From Spirogloea muscicola (Eukaryota): 45,962 bases of DNA. The notes beneath the pieces are model-generated. The model had not been told where the DNA came from. It did not search any database and saw nothing but the letters and a program-made list of their open reading frames with translations. Shown one piece after another: positions 1-11,481 of the stretch. A program made the position numbers and the translations under genes. The stretch covers positions 515,999-561,960 of the forward strand of contig WELB01000014.1 of assembly GCA_009602725.1 (NCBI GenBank), in the 5' to 3' direction. The first letter of the stretch is position 1; each line of letters starts with the position of its first letter.

Positions 1-229
1 CCCCCCCATCCCTCCCTCCTACCTCCTCCCGATCCCTTTCTCTCCAAAGCTTCTCCCCTGCTCTCCACCTCACTCACGCTTCCCTTCTTCCACCTGAGGA
101 GCTGTTTCAGACAGGAAGAACTTACTTGGAGGCACTGTGCAGCATAAGCAATCGCCGCCGTACAACAGGTAGATGTAGATGAGTGCGACTTCAGGCCAGA
201 GCTGTGTGCCGTTCCTGCTCATGCTGCCA

Positions 230-3200
230 GCACAGCGCGCTTCCGGGGAGCGAGGGCCCGCCGCTCGTGCTCAACTGCTTCGGCCGCCGCTTCCTTCTCG
301 ACTGCCCCTGCAGCTGCACACGCTCCTCCGCTTCCTGCCAACCCAGGTACGCAAACCAGCACCATCCTGCCGACTCCATCACTATATCGTCCATACAAGC
401 CGTGTCAAGTGTCTATTAAGTCGCTAGTACTAAGTCCACTAAAATTAGACACGAGACAATGTCAATCACTGAACTGACTCTATCAGTCCAATCATTCGCT
501 GCTATTCTGGACCACATAATAATCATTGCACCAAAAGAAATTATTGCAGTCCCCGAACTCAGCTTCCTTCCCTCGCTCGCTTTCAGCTGCCGCCGACAGC
601 GCAAGCCGACCGCAATCTGCAGCCGCCACTGCCACCGTTCTTCGCAAGGGCAGGCGGCGCGGTCTTCGTCGACGGCGAGCCGCGCTACAGGCTGCCATTC
701 GACAGGTCCCTGGTGGACCCCGCCTCCATTGACATCGTGCTCGTCTCCAGCGCCGCCGCCATGACCGCTCTGCCGTACCTGGTCCTGGACCCCGCCTTCA
801 AAGGCAGAGTAATGCATAGAACCCAAAACTAATAAGCCCAAGATCTGGACACATCACAGTGAATAATCATTTCCAGGAGCAGTTTCTGCATGTGTCAGGT
901 GGCGTGCATTACGTCTAAGATATAGCTCATAGAGAACACGCTTCAAGGGTCAGCATGATGCTGCTCCACTGTGGCAAACCTAAATAATCTGTGCCGACGT
1001 GCATGCACGCCGAGGTAACACAACAGAGTGCACCCACCGTAGGCGCCTCCGTCTACAATATCTTAATTGCGTGTACCAACGATGACTATCGGTCAAGAGT
1101 CCCAGATGGTGAAGCGCTGAGCAGCCGCATGATATGCCTCTTGCTGCTTGCTCCCCAGGTCCTGGCGACGATCCCGGCGGTGCACATTGCGCGGCTCCTC
1201 ATGCAGGGCCTCGTGGCGGTGCACGCAGAGTTTGCGAGGCTCTACCCATACGACTCTCTGGCCTCCGCGGACCCTCCTGGGTGGCTCCGTGCCGAGGAGC
1301 TCGCTGGCCTGCCTGATGGCCTCCGACAAGAGTTCGCTGGGCCGTTCGAGGGCGGCGGCGCAGCCGTTGAGTGGCGCAAGCTCTACAGGTCGTCCCAAGG
1401 CGCGGCATCATCTATCAGTCCACATCTTCAAGCCGTCACAGCGTCCTGCATGTACTTTAGATTGATATCTGGGGTCTGTCAGGGTCACCTCGAAGATGTA
1501 ATTAGCATGTTGCACATAATTATCTTAGTGTCTGGACCAAATTGGTGCATCTGCAGCGCTGAAGACGTGGAGCGAAGCCTCCAGATGGTCCACGGGCTGC
1601 ACCTCAGAGAGGAGGAGCTGCTGAGCAGCGTGCTGCGCGCCGTGCCGATCGGCAGCGGGGCAGGCATCGGATCGTGCAACTGGGTCCTGAAGGACAGCGC
1701 CAGCGGCCGCTGCGTGTCGTACGTCGCCTCCTCCACGGCCGCATGCACGCCGTTCGCGCCACTCGACTTGCCCAGTGAGGCTTCCGCCGCCCAGTCCGCC
1801 ATTCCCGCAGCAGGTCGCACCTCTCAGTGGCCGCTGTGCTCAGACATAGCGGCGAGCTGCCAGAGCCGCCCAGCTACAGTCCTGCTTTGTCTAACAGTTA
1901 TCTATAATATCCACATTATAAGTATAAGATTTTATCTTCATTTGTTTATCACTTGGCACAGCACTTGGCAAAGGCCAGGACCTGCTCTTCTCCAGCCTTG
2001 CCATGCCAGCTCCGCCTGCTGCACTATTCCGCAGTGACGCCCGGGAAGGGATGCCGGCGTCAACTGGCCTTGATGCGGATGTGGCCACAGCACCTACACC
2101 TGCGCGTGAGCTGGATGCTCAAGGCATGACTGAGGAGCTCCGACATCAAGCGACACAGCGGCGTGACTCCCAGCTTGCTGCTGCCACTCAAGCAGCTTGC
2201 ATGGCCATTGACCGGGGAGGGTGCGTGCTGCTACCAGCGGATCCGTGCGGTGTTGAGCTCGAGCTCATTGAGCAGCTGGCTGCCCAAGTCCAGACGAGGT
2301 GAGATCATGATCTGTTGCAGCACTTGTGTGGCCTTCAGAGTGAAGCCCGCCCCTTACTCAGCTCAAATGTAGGATGTCTATTCAAAATAATACAACGACA
2401 GACCCACTGTATGGATATCAGATCGGAATGAAAATTAGTGTCATCTAACTCTTGCTGAGTATGCATGTGCAGAAGCATACCAATTCTCCACATCAGCAGC
2501 ATTGCGGAGGAAGCTCTGGCTTATGCCAACATTGTACCTGAGTGGCTCTCACCGGAGCGACAGGAGAAGGTTGGGCGACGCTATTCCTGCAATGAAAATC
2601 ACAAAGTCATGGATGCATGTGGTTGTCCACATTACACAGGTGCTACTGTTGACAGTTCCGTTTCAGTTGTACGCAGGCCTCCCCAGTTTTGGGCATGCTG
2701 AGCTTATTAGAGAGGGCCGGCTTCAAGTATTCCCATCCCTGCACTGTGCGGAGCTGAGGTGTTGCCCATATCACACAAATAGGCTACATGAATCCATGAG
2801 GCTCTAAGGCATGTACTCACTGACCAGGGGGCTGGGAAGCCATGTGCAAAGCAAGAAGCACATTCTCCTACAGCTTTAGTACCTTCTTTGGTCTGCTAAG
2901 AACGTGATGCCAGCCAAGCAATTGACGGGCCCAAGTGGCAAATGCTTCCAGGAGAGCGTGGAAGGAGCCATGCTTAGCCATCGTGCCTTATGGAGGCCTC
3001 CGCATGGGGCCTGTGATGGACCTGCTCCTGAAGTGGCAAGCGGACAGCAGATGCCTGCTCCTGCTCACACAGGTTGTTGTTTTTTACAATAGAAGAAACA
3101 CTGAGTCACATGTCCAGCCAAACAAGCATAATCTTTACGAGATTTGGCGCATTGATACCGGACTCTTTTAGTCAACATTCGTACACCTCTACCAGGCTAA

Positions 3201-3738
3201 TCACGTGAAAGTGCTTCTATATGTTGCCTAAGAGGAACTGCTTGTCCTTCTGACTGATATCTCATCCTCATACAGGAAGGCTTAGATGTGGAGCTTGCCT
3301 TGGCTCCACTGCATCCTTTGGGGATGGATGTCAGACACATTCCTATTGGAGCCAGGCTAAGGTTTGTCTGCAGATGTTTTCTTGAAAGGCCACTTAAATT
3401 CTTCCAATTGAGCAACTTGCAACGGGATTCTTTTTTGCATTGTTGGGACTTGCAACAGCAGTGTTAATCCACGAAATAGTGGATGACAAATACAGCTGGG
3501 ACGAGGCTGCTGCCATCGTGCGAAGCACCAAGTCCACACGTGTGTTGGTACGCAACTTTCATTGCGTGATTGTGCTCAAGAATGCTGGAGTGCTCTTTGC
3601 GACTCAATCATCAGAGAAGAAGCATTGACCTGTCTTCCATGTTGTCAGGTCCCTGCGAGTGCTTACACACGACTTGGCCAAGACCTCCAAGATGCTGGGC
3701 GAACCTCAGAACTACTTGTCCCATACGATGGCACAAGA
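230..3738 (+). CDS. INTS9: Integrator complex subunit 9-like (metallo-beta-lactamase/beta-CASP fold), multi-exon; apparent frameshift near 305-308 and no recognisable C-terminal exons (possible pseudogene)
   Basis: GT-AG exons at about 230-346, 587-828, 1159-1388, 1557-1774, 1962-2299, 2472-2569, 2668-2758, 2952-3071, 3274-3361, 3496-3547 and 3649-3738. They give FLLDCP/LQLHTLLRFLP, IDIVLVSSAAAMTALPYL, GSGAGIGSCNW, GGCVLLP, ALAYANIVPEWLSPERQEK and WKEPCLAIVPYGGLRMGP, all INTS9-family motifs. Start codon not resolved. Confidence 0.85.
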
Positions 3739-4408
3739 GTAGGCTTGAGGTCTGCAAACATATGAGGTTTCTGATACTGGACCTTGCACAAATGAAGTGC
3801 CCAATAAATGTGGCCACATTTGTTACTTGCTCATTGCTTATCTCACCTGGTCATCAACCTGACGTCGTGAGGATGGCTAAGAAGCTCTGGTCATGCTGCA
3901 CTTCAAACCACATGACATGGTACACTTGACTAACAGGCTTTCTAGTCATTTGTCGACTCACTTATGAATATTAGAAACCTTAGGTCGCCTACCGTTCTTC
4001 ATGGCGAGGCTTGTTCATGACAATTCCAGCCACTCAACAGCAAGTCGTTCCACAACAACAAGAGGATGGCATGAGGAAAAGGTGAAAGAAGTGGAGAAAG
4101 CTTGTGTCCACACTTCTACACGGCCAAAACATCAGCCAACGTTGAACTTCGGAATGGACGATTGATAACTCTTGCTTAAAACTACGTCACACAGAAGCGC
4201 CCACCATACCTTGGATCCCAGAAGGTCAGGCTTATACTTGTCATTGTTGCGAACCATTAGACCCAACCTGACGTCTACAAGTGACGCCTCTTGTTGATGC
4301 CTATCTCCTTGAAGATGCTGGCAAAAACACCTCTCCCTTGTATGTCATGAGTATTCGCCCAAGGCCAATTTGCCTAAGCAAACACGCCCTGCCTAGCAAT
4401 TACTGAAA

Positions 4409-6551
4409 CTACAAGATGTACCTTCGACTACTGAGCCCACCGCGTCGACCTGCTGGAACCTTGCGAGCCCTCGCCAATGTATAGAGGTCCGTTGGAGGTG
4501 GCCGCAGCACATCGTCTTCTGAAGGCCACCTGGGACCATCCTGAGTTGCATCGATGGTCGACTCTCCTGGTACCTGCTGACCTAAGATGTAGACCGAAGG
4601 ACTCCAAGGAGGAGCAGAACCGCCAGCCAATACAGCGATCGAGGGAGTTGGGAAGCTGGAGGAAGCAGTCCTGTTGGGGAGCCTGGCCCACAGCGGAGCA
4701 TCGTCCATGTCCGATGGACCTGCCCGCAATCTGCTGGCAAAACAAGGAGACGAAAAGCATGAGCACGAGCTTTGATGATGTAGTAACTACCTATCCAATT
4801 GCTACTAGATACAGACACAGGGCAAGCTACACATCTTGTTTTGGCCTGTAAAGCAAGTGCATACTTGCCTGTTTGGTCCAGCAAAATCAGACAACCTAGA
4901 CGTTGGTGGTGCCCCTTCGAGGCTGCCACCCTCCAGATATGTCACGTCCTCACGTCCTTGTGTGGCAAGCCTGGATACTGAGCTTCTTCCAAAAAGTAGA
5001 GCAGAATTCATGCGCTCACTCGCTGCACCACTCTGGCCGGCCTTCCTCACCGAGCTCGCTGGGCTATCCTCGGGCCAGGCCAAGCTTGGACTGGCCGCCA
5101 GCGATCGGGAGGCGTTCCTTGTGACGACTAGCCTGCCCTGCTCCAGAGGACTGCTACCTCGAGGAACCGACCGCATGGCGTCACCAGCGGACTTGCTTTG
5201 CAAGTGGTCGTGCCGTATCGAGGCCTTGTTGTTGCGCAAGGGGGAGTGGAAGGAGTACGACGGCCCTTGGGCGGCTGCTTCAGGGGTCGAGTCGCGAGCT
5301 GCGGCTCTTCCGGCTTGCGCCAAGCCAACACTTGACGGCTCCATTCTGCCGCCGTCAAAGTGCAGCCGGCGGCCGGCGATGGGGCTTAGCTCCACGTCGC
5401 AGGGCTGCACACTGTGCCCATTGGGTTGCACCAAGGGGCCTCTTGAAGCAAGGGCCTCGTGCGATGCTGCCACGTACTCCTGACTGGTCATGTCTGCAGT
5501 CCAGTCCTGATCGCGCCATGCAAAGTCGTTGCCCTTGGCGGCTCCGCTGGGTCCTGCCTCTTCTTGGTCCTCCAGTACCGAGAAAAGCGGCGAGTGAGTC
5601 AGCCCAGCCTTTGCGTGCGCATCCGTATCCTGCTCCATGGCTGCGGCGAAGTCGTCGGTGAAGCCCTCAGAGGGGCCAGGGTCGAAGATATCCTCTCGCA
5701 GCAGCGCCTCGCGCTGCACCCCCGGCAGTAAGTCCAAGCACGCTTTCTGCAGTGACAGGTGTGGCGCTCACACCGACCTCAGAGTCTGGTATGCATGGAA
5801 GCAACCATCATATCCAAGCCATTACACACTGCATGGAGAGGCAAATGGTGGGGCAGGCCCCCTCACAGCAATGTGGCCTCGGTACGCTGCGGCGGTTTGG
5901 ACGTGAGCAGCCACCGCCTCGCTGCCGCAGTGCTGGACGAACTGCTCCTCGAGGCCACAGAGCCATGCATGCACCCGGTATGCATCCTCGTACCGGCACC
6001 GCTGCGCAGGCAACAACGGCATGCACGGCCATTGCCAATCAACACACGCACTCTGTGACACTTGCATCTGTCCCAGCAGCCGGCCATCCTAAGACAGCCA
6101 GTACTCCGCAGTTGGCTGGCTTTTCCAAGGCCGCAATTAGGATCAACAAAGCTGAAGAAGAGCATTTTGTGCAACGCACTACGATGCAGTGAGTCAAGTC
6201 CATGCAGCGGAGCCGGCATCAAAAGTTCAGGTGGGATTGATGGTAAGGGTTTGAGGTCCGGGCTTCAGATTGGGAGGGCCAGGGCTTTGCCTGCACGCAG
6301 TAGCAGAGGAGGAAGTTGCCGGCGGGCGAGGCGGGGTCACTGCGGGCGGCGTCGGCCAGGCAGGCGCGCACGACGGCCTCGTCGGCGGCGTCCCAGGGCA
6401 GCCCGACCAGCGCCTCGAGCTGGCCGCTGTCCAGGCAGTGCCGGCACATGGCCGCCACAACGCCAGCCGTCGTCGCCGTCGCCGTCGGGCCGTTGCGGCG
6501 ACGGCCATCGCCGTCATCGACGCCGGCGCTGGCGCTGGCGGCGGCCTGCGC
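4409..6551 (-). CDS. HOS1: HOS1/ELYS-like nucleoporin-E3 ligase, C-terminal portion only
   Basis: Spliced peptide LVGLPWDAADEAVVRACLADAARSDPASPAGNFLLCYCVQ|RCRYEDAYRVH...DLLPGVQRE matches the HOS1 ELPWN.DEE..L..CL / VFYLQRYRY..AY region. Exons at about 6551-6291, 6001-5866, 5747-4869 and 4730-4409. The 5' part is absent upstream of the single n at 6552. Confidence 0.8.
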
Positions 6552-6652
6552 NGCTGCCCGCGCTCCACACTCCCCGCCACTGCGACAAACTGCCGCCCTG
6601 GCGCTCGGGCCTCGTAGCCGCCGGAGTCCGCCTCGCGGCCTGCTCCTCTCCG

Positions 6653-6655
6653 CCC

Positions 6656-6690
<35 letters not shown>
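6653..6690. repeat. (GCC)n microsatellite
   Basis: About 12 consecutive GCC units read directly. Confidence 0.95.
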
Positions 6691-6695
<5 letters not shown>

Positions 6696-6919
6696 TGCAG
6701 GGCACGACGGCGGCGGCACTGCCAGCGGCTGCAGCGGCAAGTCACGCTGGCACTAGCAGCCACAGTATGGCCGCTGCTCATTTGTCTGACGATTACTTGC
6801 TCCTGCTAAACATGCTGTCAAGTGGGCATTCGGACATCGTACAGGTGCAGCCATCCCACACTATTTCTGGGCCTGAGGTATCCACAGCGCTGCCAAATTG
6901 ACTGGTGGCAGAGGTGTCA

Positions 6920-7261
6920 GAAGAAAGTGCTCGCTCATTGAAGCGCTAAGAAAGACAAGCACACAAAGAAACAAAGGAGCTACGAATCACTCAGTAACCC
7001 CTGCTAAGCAGCCGCAGATCAGAGATGCTGGGTCCCCTGGCCAGAGCCAGAGCCAGAGGCAGCAGCGAGGGCTCTGCTGGCACGAAGGTGCAGCGCGCTG
7101 GCCATAGACCTCTGCAGCGAGACGGCCAGGCGCATACGATACACTTGCGCCAGTGACCCGGCTGCAGGAAAGTCTACCGGCTCCTCATGGAAGCGACGGG
7201 CGACGGTGTGGCGGGCGAGCTGGGTGAGCAGCTCGAGCCACCGAGCGCCCAGCGCCCCACG
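6920..7261 (-). mobile_element. 5'-truncated copy of RLE non-LTR retrotransposon, lineage A (ORF 3' end plus 3' UTR with internal deletion)
   Basis: Near-identical to 16531-16935 of the full-length element. Flanked by TSD GGTGTCA at 6913-6919 and 7262-7268. The 3' hairpin is deleted. Confidence 0.93.
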
Positions 7262-7536
7262 GGTGTCACACTCATGTTCCAGTCACTCTGGCCGAGCGAC
7301 TGGCCTGCCGGAGGTTGGCGGCGCAAGGGAGGCGCTCGAGGTTCGGCTGCTGAAGTCAATGCTCGAGATGCAGCACCTGCCCATCAAGCGCACAGGCCAG
7401 GCAGCGCCTGTCTGTCTAGCCGGCAGCTGACGCCTGCTAATCCTTCGCGCTATGAAGCGGTTGCCAGTATTCTTGTGCAGTCATTGGCTGCTGGCGCGTA
7501 ATTAGTCATGTTCACCCACTGCTCGGACCCATCTGA

Positions 7537-8917
7537 TAGCACCTCATTTTCCTCGACTCGCCAGCTGCGACGCTCCAGGCCACTCTGCCCCCTGGCCAGG
7601 GCGGCCTCGGCTGCCGCTTGTTCGCGCGCGTCTGCAGGCCAGCGTTCCTTGGCAGTTGGGCCCAGGTCGCCACGTCGGTGGCGCAGCGCTTCCTCCATGA
7701 TGGGCGGCCCCATGTTGCAGCAGGTTGTGGTGGAGATGGCGACCGGCTCGTTGCCTTCTCAGGTGGCGCTCCGCTCAGCTCAAGACGGGTTACTTGCGGA
7801 GCACCCTGCCCTTGCAGAGAGCGTGGTCCCGTTTGCCCACCTTGCCCACACCACCGACTTGCAAGCGCAGGCGCGCTACATGGCGGCAGTCGACAAGGCG
7901 TCCTTCATGGCCACGCTGCAGCTCCTCCCTGCAAACGATGTGCGCGGCCATGCTCGGCTGCTGTCGGGCGCCTCCCCCGGCGCGGCAGCCCGGCTCTCCG
8001 CGCTCCCCCTGTACGACGCCCTCAGGATGCCGGATGAGCTCTTCCGTATGGCCACCCATCGTCTGCTGGGCCTCCCCCCCGCCCTGCCTGCTGGGCGTGC
8101 TGCAGTGTGAATGTGGGGAGCGGTCGACGGACCCATCGGAGCTGGCGGCGCATTCCTCCGCTGCGCCACTGAGCGGCTCACGATCTCCTGCGCGATGCGA
8201 TGTTCGGCATCTTTCAGGAGGCCGGCAACACGGTGGCGATGGAGAACTCTTCCGTCATGCCAATATTCCGGAGGGCCGACGGACTCCACACGCGTCGTGT
8301 CGACTTGGTGGCGTCCACGCCGGACGGCGGCGCGCGCATCATCGCCGACGTGGTCACCACTGATGTGGCCGACCGCTCCAACCCAGGGCTCTCTGCCTCG
8401 CGGGCTGGCCACGCTGCGGCGAAGGCCGCTCGCTGCAAGGCGGCCAAATACGCCGATCACCCCGCTGCAGATGCGTTTGTCCCCCTGGCCGTGGACGTGC
8501 ACGGGGCTCTCGGATCCCAGTGGCTCGACCTGCTGGCCAGGCTTGCGCGGCGCGCTGTGTCCCGCAGGCGCGGTGAGCCGGCTGACTTCAACGCCGCTGG
8601 CTTGTGGCTCAAGTGTATCGTATGAGATTGTCAGTATCCCTTCAGCGGTCCATGGCCCACGCTCTGCATCTGCTTGCTGGCCGTGCTCTCGCTGCAGCCT
8701 CCGGCTTTCGCCAGGGGGATAGTTTTCCTGCAGCTAGTCTGTCGGATCTGAGGCTCCTCACTCGTAACTACTGAGTGATCCATCCTCCCCTGTTCTGACA
8801 TAGCATCTTCAGGCCCCTTTGTAGCTGCTAAACGCTTGTAGGTCCCCCCAAACCTTTGTCAATTCTTTTTGGGCTGGCTTTTCGCAGCCCTTGCCCCCAT
8901 TGGGAGTGCCACTTCTT
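7537..8917 (+). mobile_element. 5'-truncated, frameshifted RLE non-LTR retrotransposon, lineage B (post-RT region, CCHC knuckle, RLE, 3' UTR)
   Basis: Peptides FLGSWAQVATSVAQRF, QCECGER..LAAH, RRVDLVA..IIADVVTTD, KAAKYADH, FVPLAVDVHGALG and SDLRLLTRNY* are colinear with the 1299-aa ORF. The 3' hairpin starts at 8871 and the copy ends GCCACTTCTT. Possible degenerate TSD CATCTGA (7530-7536) / CATATGA (8918-8924). Confidence 0.93.
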
Positions 8918-9309
8918 CATATGACTTGCATGAACACATCCCATCTCAAGGACCTCCTGTGACCGGGTACATCAACCCAACCAACACAAGCAAGGTCTGC
9001 TCGATACTTGCAGCGTGCAATCAAGTCTTTCACTCTGCCTGGGCATGAAGGGCCTTGAAGACCACGATGTGCCCTTGTGCCCCGTGGGCACACATGATAA
9101 TTCGGCGTCACATAAGCTGAGCTTGCAGAGAACAGCTCACTGTGAATCTTCTAAGAATGCAACCTGCAGAGGACTCGCTGACTTTGCTGTGTTGTCGCCC
9201 GTGCAGATCATCCTTGCGCTCTGTCAATGATAGTAGGCTATTGGCCACAATCATCCATCATCCAAGGGGAAGATGCATTGTTTTCCTTGATCAGTGTCCT
9301 TGCTACCTC

Positions 9310-10591
9310 CTACTTGAATTGGAACTTTGACGACAGGATGATCCCAACAATCACACCAAAGAGGCCGAGGGCGCTGCCAAAGATCTCAATCACCAGGATC
9401 TTGACAAACAGCGTGGAGTTTTGGGCGTCTGACAGTGCGCAGCTGCTGCCAATAACCCCCACGCACAACCTGTCACATACTAAGGATGTCTCAGAAATTG
9501 TGCCAAGCTTGCCAGAGTGGACTTACTGACAACCTTGGCTTATACTAGCCTCGACCACTCGCTTTCACTTCTTCAGCGCACAAACAACAGGCAAACTCGT
9601 TGATTACTGGAGACGATCTGATGTCGGATCAGTGTAACAAGGACTTGAAAGCTTACCCACAGACCAAGTTAGCAAAACCAACTATGATGCCAGAGGCAAA
9701 TAAAGCATAACCGGCAGCCATCGCTTGTGGTGAGTAGCGGCCATTCTCCATCTGCAAGACACAAGTGGGCACCAACAGAAATTCGAAATTCTGTTTCACC
9801 AATCACACTGCACAGCTAAAGTAGGGCAACCAGCCTGCTACCTGCTCAAAGCGAAGCACACGAAGGTATGCGTAAATCACCACCATTGAGGCAGGGGCTG
9901 AGAGCACGCTGTCCAAGAGTACAAAAATGAAGCACAAGAGGTGCTCACCGGATCAACGTTTTCCAGCTTTGTCTGCAAGATGATGGCAACGATAACTCCA
10001 TAGATGGCCACAGCCTCACAGAAGATGACGCTGTCAGTGCACATGGAGGACACATCAGGAGGACAGTGTGTGGCCGACCAAAAAACAAACACAGCCGAAC
10101 ACGGCGTCAAGAAAGGGCATAATCAGAAAGGCGTCGCATTGAGGGCAGTAACTCGTACTGATTCGCAGAGGGCTGTGAGATACATAGAACTTCTCATCAC
10201 CAAGCCTTGGGTTTCTTTGGTTTGACCAGCAAGTTGACCGGCTCAACGAATGTACGACGCAAAGGGTCAGACCTGATCAGGTTCTTGGAGGTAATCCTGG
10301 GGGCCTTGATGGCCGCGCCAATAAGACTGCTCCCTGTGATGAAAATGCCCCTGCGCCCAAAGAAGGCCCGGTGTTGGCGGCTCAGCGCTGGACAATCCTC
10401 TGACACGAAGCTGAGAGCTTCTTGGATCTCGGTGGACAGAGATAGCCAACCGGTAGGGCTCACCAAGCAGCTCCGAGCACGGAGACGCCGATGGAGATGG
10501 CGATGCCGAGCGCCGCAAAGGTGTAGGGCGAGATGTGGACGAAGGCCTGCGTCCAGGAGCGGTACCACAGGTACCAGGTGGCGTACGCCAT
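9310..10591 (-). CDS. VHA-c'': V-type proton ATPase 21 kDa proteolipid subunit c'' (5 exons)
   Basis: Exons give [138 protein letters not shown] at 10591, TAG at 9310. Confidence 0.96.
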
Positions 10592-10692
10592 GCCGACGCG
10601 TCGCGGCGCTCGCGATCCCGAGGGCCGCCGCCACGGGCCTCGGACGAGGGCGCGCAGGGGGGTCGCCCCCGGCCGGGGCTCCCGCAGCCGGC

Positions 10693-11408
10693 NNNNNNNN
10701 NNNNNNNNNNNNNNNNNNNNNNNNNNNNNNNNNNNNNNNNNNNNNNNNNNNNNNNNNNNNNNNNNNNNNNNNNNNNNNNNNNNNNNNNNNNNNNNNNNNN
10801 NNNNNNNNNNNNNNNNNNNNNNNNNNNNNNNNNNNNNNNNNNNNNNNNNNNNNNNNNNNNNNNNNNNNNNNNNNNNNNNNNNNNNNNNNNNNNNNNNNNN
10901 NNNNNNNNNNNNNNNNNNNNNNNNNNNNNNNNNNNNNNNNNNNNNNNNNNNNNNNNNNNNNNNNNNNNNNNNNNNNNNNNNNNNNNNNNNNNNNNNNNNN
11001 NNNNNNNNNNNNNNNNNNNNNNNNNNNNNNNNNNNNNNNNNNNNNNNNNNNNNNNNNNNNNNNNNNNNNNNNNNNNNNNNNNNNNNNNNNNNNNNNNNNN
11101 NNNNNNNNNNNNNNNNNNNNNNNNNNNNNNNNNNNNNNNNNNNNNNNNNNNNNNNNNNNNNNNNNNNNNNNNNNNNNNNNNNNNNNNNNNNNNNNNNNNN
11201 NNNNNNNNNNNNNNNNNNNNNNNNNNNNNNNNNNNNNNNNNNNNNNNNNNNNNNNNNNNNNNNNNNNNNNNNNNNNNNNNNNNNNNNNNNNNNNNNNNNN
11301 NNNNNNNNNNNNNNNNNNNNNNNNNNNNNNNNNNNNNNNNNNNNNNNNNNNNNNNNNNNNNNNNNNNNNNNNNNNNNNNNNNNNNNNNNNNNNNNNNNNN
11401 NNNNNNNN
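10693..11408. other. Assembly gap (N run) covering the divergent promoter and 5' ends of VHA-c'' and the SET gene
   Basis: Run of n. Confidence 1.
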
Positions 11409-11481
11409 GGCTCGCCCGCCGCAGGGCCTGCAGCCGTGCCCTGCCTGACTGCCGGCCGGGGCCCCCGGCGAGCCCGCGCAG

